The notes: generated by a model from the letters alone, not told the origin. DNA of 64,000 nt from Octopus vulgaris (GCA_951406725.2 OX597839.1:24862001-24926000), one strand, 5' to 3'. Counted from the stretch's first letter, positions 24,561 through 39,652 are shown. Made by a program: numbers and translations.

Positions 24561-24637
24561 TCATCAGTTATCAGACGTCCATCAACTCCTCATTTCATGC
24601 ACTGAACAACAATATGAATCTTTGAAGGCAGTTGCTC
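24561..24637 (-). ncRNA. Permuted hammerhead-like motif, family P2 (decayed)
   Basis: GAGCA ACTGCC ttcaaaga TTCAT A TTGTTG ttcag TGCAT GAA ATGAG gagttgat GGACGT c TGATAA CTGATGA; same order of parts as P1. Confidence 0.5.
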
Positions 24638-25179
24638 CCATAAGTACCAAAATAAAATTTGGGATTTATGGAGGGTCAAAGTTGGTAACAAAAACAGGAC
24701 ATGGAGGGTTGTTAGCCCAGATGAAGGTAAAATAGGGAACACTGGAGAAATATATTCTTTGACAAGAGAAAAGATAGAAGAGAGAGACAGATGGGATACA
24801 CGCAGTCTCTAGGACAGCCCTGAAGGAAAAGAAAGATGATCATGTGAGGAAAAGAAAGATGGATGATGGTCACGTATGAGCAATGAGAGAGAGAAAGAGA
24901 GAGAGACAGATAGAAAGAAAACGGTGAAGGGGAGCAAAAAAGGAATTAGAGAAAGGATGAGAAAAAAAAAACCAAAAGTGGGAGAGAGAATATTATAGGG
25001 TAGAATCACATCAAAAATATTAAGATAAACGTACTTGGAAATGGATGTGTGGTGTTCAATCAAATAATAGTATAAATAATATATATATGTGTGTATGAAC
25101 ATACATACACACATATATATGTATATATGGGTACAGGATGTCACAAACCATAATACATACACACATACATATATATGTG

Positions 25180-25223
<44 letters not shown>

Positions 25224-25289
25224 GGTCCCGGGTTGATTCGGGGTTAACCACAGTAAATAAGGTACTCAATACATAGCAGAGTAAAATTA

Positions 25290-25415
25290 ATTTATTATAT
25301 AGAAGGAGCTTCTACAGGACTAGAACTGTTTCATTCAATAGAAATCTTCAGGAAGCTTCCTGAAGATTTCTATTGAATGAAACAGTTCTAGTCCTGTAGA
25401 AGCTCCTTCTATATA

Positions 25416-25421
<6 letters not shown>
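25290..25421. repeat. 132-bp perfect palindrome with two opposed hammerhead motifs (+25354-25404, -25307-25357)
   Basis: Centre GGAAG|CTTCC at 25355/25356; arms match base for base. Confidence 0.9.
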
Positions 25422-25475
<54 letters not shown>

Positions 25476-25498
25476 GTGTATATGTATATATATATATA

Positions 25499-25995
25499 GG
25501 CGCAGGAGTGGCTGTGTGGTAAGTAGCTTGTTTACCAACCACATGGTTCCGGGTTCAGTCCCACTGTGTGATACCATGGGCAAGTGTCTTCTGCTATAGC
25601 CTCAGGCCGACCAAAGCCTTGTGAGTGGATTTCATAGACGGAAACTGAAAGAAGCCTGTCGTATATATGCATATATATGTATGTGCGTGTATGTTTGTGT
25701 ATCTGTGTTTGTCCCCCTAGCATTGCTTGACAACCGATGCTGGTGTGTTTACATCCCCATCACTTAGCGGTTCGGCAAAAGATACCGATAGAATAAGTAC
25801 TGGGCTTACAAAGAATAAGTCCCGGGGTCGAGTCGCGAAAGAGTACAGCAGGGATCGCCACCTTCCCCTGGCGGAGCCTCGTGGAGCTTTAGGAGTTTTC
25901 GATCAAGAAACACTCACAACGCCCAGTCTGGGAATTGAAGCTGCGATCCTACGATCGCGAGTCCGCTGCCCTAACCACTGGACCATTGCGCCTCA
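25499..25995. mobile_element. SINE A (+) truncated and fused to the head of SINE D (-)
   Basis: Sequence switches after CCCGGGGTCGA at ~25831. Confidence 0.75.
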
Positions 25996-26011
25996 TATAT
26001 GAAGGCTAACA

Positions 26012-26056
<45 letters not shown>

Positions 26057-27139
26057 TGCATTTATATGCGTGTGTATACATGTATATATACATACACACA
26101 CAGATACAATAATATATTATTTATGATACTATAACATTCATATATATATATGCAAGCATATGTACTGATATGCGCATATAAGTATGCATATATGTATATA
26201 CATACACATACAGACACACACATTACCAAGGAAATAACACGCACATGCACATACACACACATACATGCACACACACACATGCACGCATCACAGTCGTTTA
26301 CACAATATATCAGAGAATAGCTGATGCCATCAAGTGAAAAGTAGAAGAAAAATATAAAACACAAATGTGATGGACATTAAAGGGAAGTTAATGTTTTAAT
26401 GAGAAGCTCTTTGAAGTTCAAGTGACTTCTTTTATATTATTCAACCAACAAAAATAATATCTTTTTTTTTTCTTTTTTCTCAGTTTCAATAAAAGAATAA
26501 CAAAAACTAATTCATCGAAAAATCTTCGTCAACACACTGAAAATCATTATCATTGAAATAAATTTTCTTTTGTTTTCTCGTTTTTATGTAAAAGCCAATT
26601 TTTTTTCCATCTAATAATGCTGAGTCATTTAAAACATTAGAGAAGCCATATTGTGTTAACTTGTCAGCAAATATTTAAGATATTCAGTTGTGGCACATAC
26701 GTATACATGCACATTTATATAAATGCATTTATATGTGTTTCACTGACTGCATGGACGTGTGTACACATCGTGTGTCGCATGCTAAACATTTCGGAATGTT
26801 CTGCTAGAGTAAATTCGGCTTGCTCGACAATTGAGAAGTGATGTAATGTGTGTTAAAATGGCGATATTTGTTTAATTCTCTTTTTAATATTTGTGTTTTT
26901 TTAACGTTTTAAAGCCTGCTACTGCCATCTGTGCAAGCGCTGTTTAACTAAATACATACATATGCATGAAAGTATACAGGCATAGGTGTATGGTAAGAAG
27001 TTTGCTTCCTAAACACATGGTTCCGGGTTCAGTCCTACTGTGTGGCACCTTGGGCAAGTGTCTTCTACTATAGCCTCAGGCTGACCAAAGACTTGCAAGT
27101 GGATTTGGTTGATGGAAACTGGAAGACACCCATCGTATT

Positions 27140-27485
<346 letters not shown>

Positions 27486-27789
27486 GTATGTGTGTGTATT
27501 TGTCCTCCACCACCACTTCACAACTGGTGTTGGTGTGTTTATGTCCCTGTAACTTAACAAAAAAGCTTTAAGTACTGGGGATAATTCACTCTACTACAAA
27601 CTCTTTAAGGCAGTGCTCCAGCATGGCCACAGTCTCATGCATGAAACTAGTAAAGGATGAAGAGTCATATTATCCATCAATTCATACATACATACATGCA
27701 TATATACATAAATGCACACATATATACATATATATACATATATATACGTATATATACATATATATACGTATATATACATATACATGTCT

Positions 27790-28207
27790 TTTATCTTTTA
27801 TTGATTTCAGTCATTAGATTGTGGCCATGCTGGGGCACCACCTTGACGAATTCTTAGTCAAATAAATCAATCCCAGTATTTTGTGTTTTTAAAGTTTGGT
27901 ACTTGTTTTATCAGACTCTTTCACTGAACTGTTAAGCTGCAGGGATGTAAACACAGCAACACCGGTTGTCAAGCAATGCTAGGGGGACAAACACAGACAC
28001 ACAAACACACACACGCATATATATATATATATATACATATATACGACGGGCTTCTTTCAGTTTCCATCTACCAAATCCACTCACAAGGCTTTGGTTGGCC
28101 CGAGGCTATAGTAGAAGACACTTGCCCAAGGTGCCACGCAGTGGGACTGAACCTGGAACCATGTGGTTGGTAAACAAGCTACTTACTACACAGCCACACC
28201 TGCGCCT
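27790..28207 (-). mobile_element. SINE family A (young-looking head on a more diverged tail)
   Basis: Head CCTGCGCC at 28199-28206. Confidence 0.85.
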
Positions 28208-30398
28208 TCATTTATATTTAAAAAGCTTTCTCCTACCTTTTTGTTAATTGCAAAGTCTTTGATCAGATCCTCAAAATTAATCTTAGGTAACACATCTGCA
28301 TCTATACTTAGTAGAAATAAAGGCATCCCAAATATTATTTTAGAAAATTTGAAGTGATTTCTTTTGTGTTGTAAGCCATTTACCATTTCTGTGGTGCCCC
28401 TTGCTCCTTCTCTTGATGTCCTAAGCACATGCTTACTTTGCTTAATGGTTAATCCAGCGCTGTTTATTGGTGAATGTTTTTTGAAATCTCTGCCGCTGGT
28501 TGCTGGGTCTTGGGCAATAGAGAGATGAAAGCTATGGTTAACAATGGCAATAAATCTCTGTAGTTAATATGATGACTGTAATATAAACCCAGCGCTGGAT
28601 TAACCATTAACTGATGCAGGTTTATCCAAATCCAGTCAATTAGTGGCACAGTGAAGATATTCGTAAAACATTCCGAAAAGTCTCCATCTTGAGATTCTTA
28701 CATGAACAGAGGCACACGTTTGGGTGTGTGCCTCGAGAGTTCAATCAACACACCAACTCAACCACTGATTTACAAACACCGGGAAATCTCTTGACTCAAA
28801 AGGTCTTGTCACTTCATTAGCGGTCGGCTCTGAAGAAGAACTTAAACTCCAAGATAAATCATACATACACATGCACATACATGCATACATACATATTCAC
28901 ATACATACGTACATGCACATATAGATACACATGCATATACCTCCACCACGACCACCACCACCATCATTATAAACCAACATCATGATCATCATCGTCACCA
29001 CAATCATCATCATAATCATGACCATCAGCAGCAGCGCCACCATCATTGTCGTCATCATAATCCTCATCATCATCACAATCACCACCATCACCATCACCAC
29101 CACCATCACCACCACCACCACCACCATTGTCGTCGTCATCATCATCATCATCGTCATCCAGAGCAAAATTATTGTTTATTCAATAAAAGACACTCGACCC
29201 AATCTGAAGAATGCCCTGTGAGCAAGGAATCGTGGCTTGGCACGACCATCTTGCAAATTCCATGTGGAAGGAATTTAAGGTTAGTAAGTTTCATTGAAAC
29301 AATCTCCTAGGAAACTTCTCGTTTTAATGGAATCAGGCCGGAAAATGACCAAAGACTCCAAGAACAGCCATAAAAATACCTGATTACAGGATATTATAAA
29401 ACGGTGCCGCTTTCAATAAATGGCATGTTTTGGGCTGAGGAATAAAATATTAATATAATGAAAATTGGATGGGTGGGGTGTGTGGAAGGGGGTTGTTTTT
29501 GTGGGGGATGGATCCTTTATGGCTGATAATGAAAACAGGCAGCTGACTCTTGACCTGCTAGACACAGCAGCTAAGTTGCCTTTAAATCATAGCCCTATCG
29601 GTTTAGAATGCGACGACCGGATAATGTTGTCCCAGATGTAATTCATCATCATCACTGTTGTCATCATCCTCCTCCTCATCATCATCCTCTTCCTCATCAT
29701 CCTCCTCCTCCTCATCATCATCGTCATCATTTTCACCCCCATCCCCATTGTCATCCATGCTATCATCATCGCCCCCGACTCGTGGCTCATTGCTCATCCG
29801 CCCCCCCCCCATGTTGGCAGTCTCCCTCCCACCCCATTCTCCTTCCCATGCAATCTTGTGAACCAATTCTTCAGCTCCCACACTGTCCCTTTCTGGGGCC
29901 AACTTCATGTGGCTTAGTGGTTCAGCTATTCCATCCGTGACCATAAGGTTGAGAGTTTGAAATTTGGCAGCATGTTCTGTCCTTGGGCAAGACACTTTAT
30001 TCCTTGTCTCGCTGAATCTCCCCGAGAACTACATTAAGGGTACACATGTCTGTGGAGTACTCAGCCAGGTGCACATTAATTTCACGAGCAAGGTGTTCTA
30101 TTGATCGGATCAACCAGAACGCTTTCCATTGTAACTGACGCAAGGCCCCGTGCTGGTGGCACGTAAAAGCACCCAATACACTCTCGGAGTGGTTGGCATT
30201 AGGAAGGGCATCCAGCTGCAGAAACCATGCCAAATTAGATTGGAACCTAGTGCAGCTATCTGGTTTGCCAGTCCGCAGTGAAACAATCCAACCCATGCCA
30301 GCATGGAAAGTGGACACTAAATGATGATGATGATACGCACACACACACACACACACACATATACATACACATATGTGTATGTGTATGTATATGTATAT

Positions 30399-30431
<33 letters not shown>

Positions 30432-30937
30432 CTAGCAGTATCGCCCGGCGTTGCTCGGGTTTGTAAGGGAAATAACTATATAAGCATTTTTAGAGAGTTA
30501 CTTCCCTTATAAATTCGGGCTTTCTTAGCCATTTTTGTTTTGGTGTCTTCAAGCCATGAAGTCGTTGTTCTAAAAGAACGCTGGTTTCCTTCACAACGCA
30601 TTACGACGTTGATTTCTTTACACTCCCTTCCCCACAGCTTCACGAGGGAGGGAAGGGGGAGAAGCAAACAGGTGCAGCTGTGAGCGTGGACGCCAACTCC
30701 GCCGCCATCGACATACGATGCATTTTATGCATTAAAATGGAATAAAAAATGATGTTAAATTATTTTTAAAATCGTAGACTCATCGTTGACGCGCGCTAAT
30801 AGTCAGACGGGCTCGATATGAATCACGACTATAAGATACCCGAATTTGGTTAAACTGCACCGCAAAATGTGGGAGGAGTTAGGAATCTAAATCGAAGGGG
30901 ACAGACACTCACACAACTAGAGTTTTATATATATAGA
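30432..30937 (-). mobile_element. Non-autonomous Helitron, copy 2
   Basis: Highly similar to 12404-12917 with the same TC / hairpin-CTAG termini. Confidence 0.85.
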
Positions 30938-31070
30938 TATACACATATATATATATATATATATACACACACATATACATACACTTATATGTATTTATAT
31001 ATGTATGTATACACACACAAACACATACACACACATATACACATACCTATGTGTATGTATATGTATATAT

Positions 31071-31101
<31 letters not shown>

Positions 31102-31240
31102 CACATATACATCCACTTATATGTATTTATATATGTATGTATACACACATATATATACACACACAAACACATACACACACACATATATATATATTTGCAT
31201 AGACATATACATATACACATACACACACCTACACATTTAT

Positions 31241-31273
<33 letters not shown>

Positions 31274-31275
<2 letters not shown>

Positions 31276-31684
31276 CTCTTTTACTCTTTTACTTGTTTCA
31301 GTCATTTGACTTTGGCCATGCTGGAGCACCACCTTTAGTCAAGCAAGTTGACCCCGGGACTTATTCTTTGTAAGCCCAGTACTTATTCTATTGGACTCTT
31401 TTGTCAAACCGCTAAGTAACAGGGACATAAACACACCAGCATCGGTTGTCAAGTAATGCCAGGGGGACAAACACAGACACACAAACATGTACACACATAT
31501 ATATATACACATACATATATACGACAGGCTTCTTTCAGTTTCCGTCTACCAAATCCACTCACAAGGCATTGGTCGGCCCGGGGCTATAGCAGAAGACACT
31601 TGCCCAAGATGCCACGCAGTGGGACTGAACCCGGAACCATGTGGTTGGTTAGCAAGCTACTTACCACACAGCCACTCCTGCGCC
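31274..31684 (-). mobile_element. SINE family A
   Basis: Full length. Confidence 0.9.
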
Positions 31685-31980
31685 TATGAGTATATATATA
31701 TATTTGTGTTTTATATATATGTGTGCACGTATTCACAATATTATTGTTTCATCAATAACATAAACAGTATCGCAAACTGCACGCCAACCATCTTGCCTCC
31801 ACCAGCGCCTCATCCCCCACCCCGGTCGGTTCACACCTTCATTTGTGGTTTCCATATCTAAGTGTTTGAAAGGGATATTTTTATCAACGAGAAAGAAAGG
31901 GCTATCTGATTTTTATAGGGATTTCCCAGTGTTCCGTTAAAGGTGTGAGCATCGCACCAGATGTTTAAAAAAAGAAACAA

Positions 31981-32441
<461 letters not shown>

Positions 32442-32590
32442 TTGATTTATTGTTTTGTTGGAATGTGTGAGTGTGAATGTAGGTGTGTGTGTGTGTGTGT
32501 GTGTGTTGTGGTGGCTGTTAACACCACTGTCTGTCATTTCTACTTCTGCTGCCAAAGTCACTACAACTGTGAACATCATCATCATTACCC

Positions 32591-32626
<36 letters not shown>

Positions 32627-33046
32627 CCGGCGTCATCATCATCATCACCACCACCACCATCACTATTACCACTACCACTACCACCATCACCATCATCATC
32701 GTCATCGTCACCATCATAACTGCCACCATCACCATAACCAACAATATCACCACAACCACCCCCGCCCCCACAATCATCATCAACATCATCATTGTTGCAA
32801 TCATCCTCATCATCATCATCATTGTAGTTGCCTGTATTTTGATATTACCTTTTTTATTTTCCTTCCTCATTTTGATGGTTTTTGTGTAGGTGGGTGTATA
32901 TACACACACACATATATGTACATACATATATACATATACATACATATAAACATATGTATATATATATATACATAAATATATATATATGTATATAAATAAA
33001 CATATGTATATATATATGTATACATATATGTGTGTGGGTATATATA

Positions 33047-33078
<32 letters not shown>

Positions 33079-33266
33079 CATACACACATATATATATATA
33101 TATATACACAAACACACACACATATATACATATACATGTATATACACATATGTATTGTGTGTATATATGTATTCGTCTACATGTGATGTGTGTGCGTAAG
33201 GCTATATATAAAAAATATATACATATATTTTGCGACTGCGTATATGTGACCATGTATGTGTGTGTG

Positions 33267-33316
<50 letters not shown>

Positions 33317-33576
33317 TGTCTACTTCAATATCTGAGCAAGTCTCACATCAATGTATATACACATATGTATTGTGTGTATATATGTATTCGTCTACATGTA
33401 TGTGTGTGCGTAAGGCTATATATATAAAGATATATACATATACACATATGTATTGTGTGTATATATGTATTCATAAAGCTCTTGTCTTCCTCAGACCGTT
33501 ATACAAATATGTGCAAATTATCATCAGCCGAGCTTAATAGAATCACTGACATTAATCACCGTTCCAATTATTATTA

Positions 33577-33625
<49 letters not shown>

Positions 33626-33653
33626 TATTATCATTATCATTATTATTATTATT

Positions 33654-33881
33654 ATACTCTTTTTACTCTTTCACTTGTTTCAGTCATTTGACTGCGGTCA
33701 TGCTGGAGCACCGCCTTTAGTCGAGCAAATCGACCCCGGGACTTATTCTTTTGTAAGCCCAGTACTTATTCTATCAGTCTCTTTTGCCGAACCGTTAAGT
33801 GACGGCGACGTAAACACACCAGCATCGGTTGTCAAGCAATGCTAGAGGGACAAACACAGACACAGAAACATATACACACAC

Positions 33882-33913
<32 letters not shown>

Positions 33914-33977
33914 TACTCTACCACTGGTATTTGAGTACTCTTTTTTCCACCTTGTTTCACATTTATGTGTTTACTCC

Positions 33978-34017
<40 letters not shown>

Positions 34018-34182
34018 TACGACAGGCTTCTTTCAGTTTCTGTCTACCAAATCCACTCACAAGGCATTGGTCTGCTCGAGGCTATAGCAGAAGACACTTG
34101 CCCAAGGTGCCACGCAGTGGGACTGAACCCAGAACCATGTGGTTGGAAAGCAAGCTACCTATCACACAGCCACTCCTGCGCC
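33654..34182 (-). mobile_element. SINE family A with a PLE-like fragment (33913-33980) in its TA tract
   Basis: The insert is the reverse complement of 15640-15703. Confidence 0.9.
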
Positions 34183-34221
34183 TTATCATTATTGTTATTA
34201 TCATTATCATTATTATTATTA

Positions 34222-34256
<35 letters not shown>

Positions 34257-34399
34257 ATATTAATGTGGTGAGCTGTCAGAATTGTTAGAATGCTGGGCAA
34301 AATGCTTAGCGGTATATTGTCCATCTTTATGTTCTGAGTTCAGATTCTGCCAAGGTAGACTTGGCCTTTCATCCTTTCAGGGTTGATAAAGTAAGTACC

Positions 34400-34820
34400 T
34401 ATTTCTTTATTACCCACAAGGGGCTAAACACAGAGGGAACAAACAAGGACAGACATAGGTATTAAGTCGATTACATTGACCCCCCAGTGCGTAACTGGTA
34501 CTTAATTTATCGACCCCGAAAGGATGAAAGGCAAAGTCGACCTCGGCGGAATTTGAACTCAGAACGTAGCGGCAGATGAAATACCTATTTCTTTACTACC
34601 CACAAGGGGCTAAACACAGAGAGGACAAACAAGGACAGACATAGGTATTAAGTCGATTACATCGACCCCAGTGCGTAACTGGTACTTAATTTATCGACCT
34701 CGAAAGGATGAAAGGCAAAGTCGACCTCGGCGGAATTTGAACGCACAACGTAAATCAGACGAAATACCGCTACGCATTTCGCCCAGCGTGCTAACGTTTC
34801 TGCCAGCTCGCCGCCTTTTT
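34400..34820 (-). mobile_element. SINE family C with a ~185-bp tandem duplication, inserted into an older antisense relative
   Basis: TSD AAAGTAAGTACC at 34388-34399 and 34821-34832; head GGCGGCGAGCTGGCAGAAACGTTAGC on minus. Confidence 0.85.
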
Positions 34821-34908
34821 AAAGTAAGTACCAGTTACGCATTGGGGTCGATATAATTGACTTATTCATTCCCCTAAACTTGTCTTTAAACCAGAATTAT
34901 TAACCTGA

Positions 34909-34940
<32 letters not shown>

Positions 34941-35158
34941 GATCATCATCATCATCATCTACATGTGTGTATGTGGATTATGGTTTTGGAGGATTAAAAC
35001 TGAAGTGGGGGGGCGGAGAGAGAGAGAGGGGGTGGGAGAGAGGGAAAGGAAATGGCTGTAAACATCAATAAGAAGATAATATACACCCCCCACACACATA
35101 TACATACACACAAATGTATTATATGTGAATGAGTGCCTGTGTTTGTGTCCATGTCTGC

Positions 35159-35213
<55 letters not shown>

Positions 35214-35631
35214 CATCTATATTTGTATGTGTAGATATATTTTCGTAAAGCATACATAAATGTAGATATGTATATATATATCCACACACACACATACACA
35301 AATATATATATGCATAAATATATATATATATTATGTAACATATGCATATACATCAACATAGTCACACACACACACACAAATACATAAACACATACATCCA
35401 AAATTTGTACAAAGCATAATATACATACAAACAATATATACATATATATATATTTATATACATAAATATATATATATGTATATATTGTTTGTATGTATAT
35501 ATATATATATATTTATGTATACACACACATATGTGCATATACATACATACATAAATACATACATACATACATATATGTATGTATGTCTATGTATATATAT
35601 ATATAGTCAGTCACACAAATATATGTGTGTA

Positions 35632-35691
<60 letters not shown>

Positions 35692-35733
35692 TGTATGTAT
35701 GCATGCATGTATGTATGTATGTATGTATGTATG

Positions 35734-35790
<57 letters not shown>

Positions 35791-36059
35791 AGACATATAT
35801 ACACATACATACATACACACATATATGTGTGACTATGTGTCACTATATATATGCATACACACACACATATATGTGTCTGTGTATATATATAAATATATAT
35901 ATATATATATGTTCATATTTATATTTATTTGCATATATTTATATATACAAACAATGTTAACCACACAACAACAAGCAATAACAAAACGATCCCTGAAAAA
36001 CAGAAACAAACAATATTAGCTAAATGTCTTTTACATACAGACACAGACAAATGGAGATG

Positions 36060-36181
36060 AGGATGATGGTGATAATAATAATAATAATAATAATGATAAT
36101 AATAATGATACTAAAGAAGCTAACAATAAGAAGAGGAACAACACCAATGATGATAATGATGATGATGATTATGATAATGAC

Positions 36182-36218
<37 letters not shown>

Positions 36219-36247
36219 TAATAATGATGATTATAATGATGATGATG

Positions 36248-36288
<41 letters not shown>

Positions 36289-36304
36289 GATTATAATGAT
36301 GATG

Positions 36305-36345
<41 letters not shown>

Positions 36346-36361
36346 GATTATAATGATGATG

Positions 36362-36399
<38 letters not shown>

Positions 36400-36413
36400 T
36401 ATAATAATGATTG

Positions 36414-36444
<31 letters not shown>

Positions 36445-36479
36445 TAATAATGATAATGATGATTATAATGATGATGATG

Positions 36480-36517
<38 letters not shown>

Positions 36518-36536
36518 GATTATAATGATGATGATG

Positions 36537-36583
<47 letters not shown>

Positions 36584-36605
36584 GATTATAATGATGATGA
36601 TGATA

Positions 36606-36637
<32 letters not shown>

Positions 36638-36653
36638 GATTATAATGATGATG

Positions 36654-36703
<50 letters not shown>

Positions 36704-36719
36704 GATTATAATGATGATG

Positions 36720-36754
<35 letters not shown>

Positions 36755-36838
36755 GAAACTAACAATAAGAAGAACAACAACACCAATGATGATAATGATG
36801 ATGATGATTATGATAATGACTTAATAATAATAATAATA

Positions 36839-36876
<38 letters not shown>

Positions 36877-36909
36877 AATAATGATTATGATAATGATAAT
36901 AATAATAAT

Positions 36910-36950
<41 letters not shown>
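36060..36950. repeat. (AAT)/(GAT) compound microsatellite with higher-order units
   Basis: Recurring GATAATGATGATTATAATGATGATGAT + (AAT)n unit. Confidence 0.9.
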
Positions 36951-36951
<1 letters not shown>

Positions 36952-37605
36952 CCTCAAAGCAAAAATGAAAAACAAAAACAGAAAAGAAATAAAGAAGTGG
37001 CAAAATGTGGAAAAGAAAATTTTTCCGGCTGAAATGCAATGGAGCATGAAATTTCCTTGGCTGCCGTCTTTTATTGTTGGCCAGTGATTCTAAAGAACTT
37101 TTTATTTTTCCACCATAAAGTAATTTATATTGTCCATTATTGGAAGCATGCTGCTGTCTGTAGAGACTACAGCACCATGTCTGCGACCCTTTTTAGACCC
37201 CGCCCGCCGACCCACCCACCCTGTTTCCCTATGATCTCTTCTCTTTAATGGAGTCTGTTAATAACGGTTCCGATTTGATTTTTTTTTTTTTTTACTTATC
37301 TCGTCATCTTATCCTAATTTACAACAATGGGGGGAGTGGGGGAGGGCAAAAAGAGAAGCGGGTGTGTGGGGGTGTCACAGGAGAGGACATTCAGATATGG
37401 GGGTGTGTGTATTCAGATATATATATATATGTGTATATATAGGGGGTATAGATATGCTTCTATATGTACATGTATATATATACATACATATATATATGTA
37501 TATATATGTATATATATATGTATATATATATATATATATATGCACACATACATATATATATATACATATACACTTATATATTTCCACATACATATATATA
37601 TACAT

Positions 37606-37656
<51 letters not shown>

Positions 37657-37817
37657 TTATACAGACATATATATATATACACATACATAAATTATAAATA
37701 TATATATATATATATATATATAATGTATATGTAAGTATATATACATATATCTACACATAAAAGATGTATATGTATATATATATACACACACATATATATA
37801 CTTATATACATACATAC

Positions 37818-37855
<38 letters not shown>

Positions 37856-38360
37856 ACAAATACACAAACACATATTCATCCATATGTGTGTGTATGTGTG
37901 TGTATTTATATGCATTTTTGTATGTGTGTGTGTATATGCTATAGTACAAAACAAAGGTCTATAGAAAACAAAAAGCAAAAGCAACAGCAACAACAAAAAC
38001 AAATAAAAAAAAACAAAAAGAAAACAACAGATTTTTTTTCCTACAGCAAAAACAAAAAATAAAGAATGCAAAGCAAAAAAAAAAAGAAAAAGAAGAAGCG
38101 AGAGAGAAAAAAATGGTAGGAAAATATGAAGAAGAATAAGAGAGAATTTCAGATGAATGAGTAAGAAACTCCTCAAAGGAATAAACAATAATGGAACAAT
38201 CTCTTTAGAATGTTCTTCAAGAGAATCGCTAGATTGGAATCTTTAAAGAGGCAAGAAGGCAAGAAGGCAAGAATTAAACATCCATTTCGGTTATGGAACT
38301 AAGTTGAAAGACATGAAACGCAAAGGAGAAGCTTATGTCATTTCAGAACAGCTCTCTCTC

Positions 38361-38412
<52 letters not shown>

Positions 38413-38507
38413 TGTGTGTGTGTATGTGTGTGTGTGTTTGTGTGTGCGCGTGTGTGTGTGTGAGAGCGAGAGTGAGTGTGTGTGAGAGAGCGTGTGTGTG
38501 TGTGTGT

Positions 38508-38538
<31 letters not shown>

Positions 38539-39250
38539 TGTGTGTGTGTGTTTGTGTATGCGTGTGTGTGTGTGTGAGAGAGAGAGAGTGTGTGTGTGTG
38601 ACAGTGTGTATGTGTGTGTGGAGTATGGTAGTGCTAGGGTGGGTCTTTATGTTTACATGGCTGTAGATGATAAGAGCCGGTAGGTGATGAGACTCACTCT
38701 ATGGGTTGTATGGTCGAGTGGTTTAGATGTTTGCCTTTCAATCACAAGGTTATCGGTTCGATCCCAATCTGTAACACCTTTTAGAAGGCTGTTAATGTTA
38801 CAGTGTGATAAGGCACTGGTATTTACATTTACTGTGGTTTAGATTCAGAGCTTTCTTGAGGTAGGCGGTCAGGCGGGAAGAAGAACAGTGTTACAGTTTC
38901 TCTGACGAGGGCAAATATCCTGAAACAATTCAATAAAAAGATTCCTGATAATTTTTTACTTAAGTGATCAATGTAATGTTTTCACATTGTTGCAATCTAC
39001 ACAGTTGAAAGGCAGAAATCTTCATTGGCAATACCAAAAAGTTTTTTTTTTTAAATGGGAAGGAATTGATGGATAATGCAAATATAAATTGCAAAACAAA
39101 AAATATAATTTACAGCACTGCATGTTGACAATGCAAAGAGAACTAAATTGGGCAAACAGGAGCAAAATTAATACATTGAGTCAGGGTACATAAACAACAA
39201 ATCAGAGATTCATCTTTTAGAAATGTTCTGTGTAACAAATATGTACACAT

Positions 39251-39652
39251 TTACTCTTTTTACTCTTTTACTCTTTTACTTGTTTCAGTCATTTGACTGC
39301 GGCCATGCTGGAGCACCGCCTTTAATCGAGCAATTCGATCCCGGGACTTATTCTTTTGTAAGCCCAGTACTTATTCTATCGGTCTCTTTTGCCGAACCGC
39401 TAAGTAACGGGGACATAAACACACCAGCATCGGTTGTCAAGCAATGTTAGGGGGACAAACACAGACACACATACACTCATATATATATACATATATACGA
39501 CGGGCTTCTTTCAGTTTCCGTCTACCAAATCCACTCACAGGGCTTTGGTCAGCCCGAGGCTATAGTAGAAGACACTTGCCCAAGGTGCCACGCAGTGGAA
39601 CTGAACCCGGAACCATGTGGTTGGTAAACAAGCTACTTACCACCACTCCTGC
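39251..39652 (-). mobile_element. SINE family A
   Basis: Near full length. Confidence 0.9.

Noticed and set aside
38703-38779. tRNA-like sequence with A box TGGTCGAGTGG and B box GGTTCGATCCC
   Set aside because: Acceptor, anticodon and T stems do not pair properly; most likely an old SINE head.
38898-38930. CTGACGA-GGG...CCT-GAAAC hammerhead core
   Set aside because: No helix I or helix III/UH partner could be found; at best a truncated remnant.
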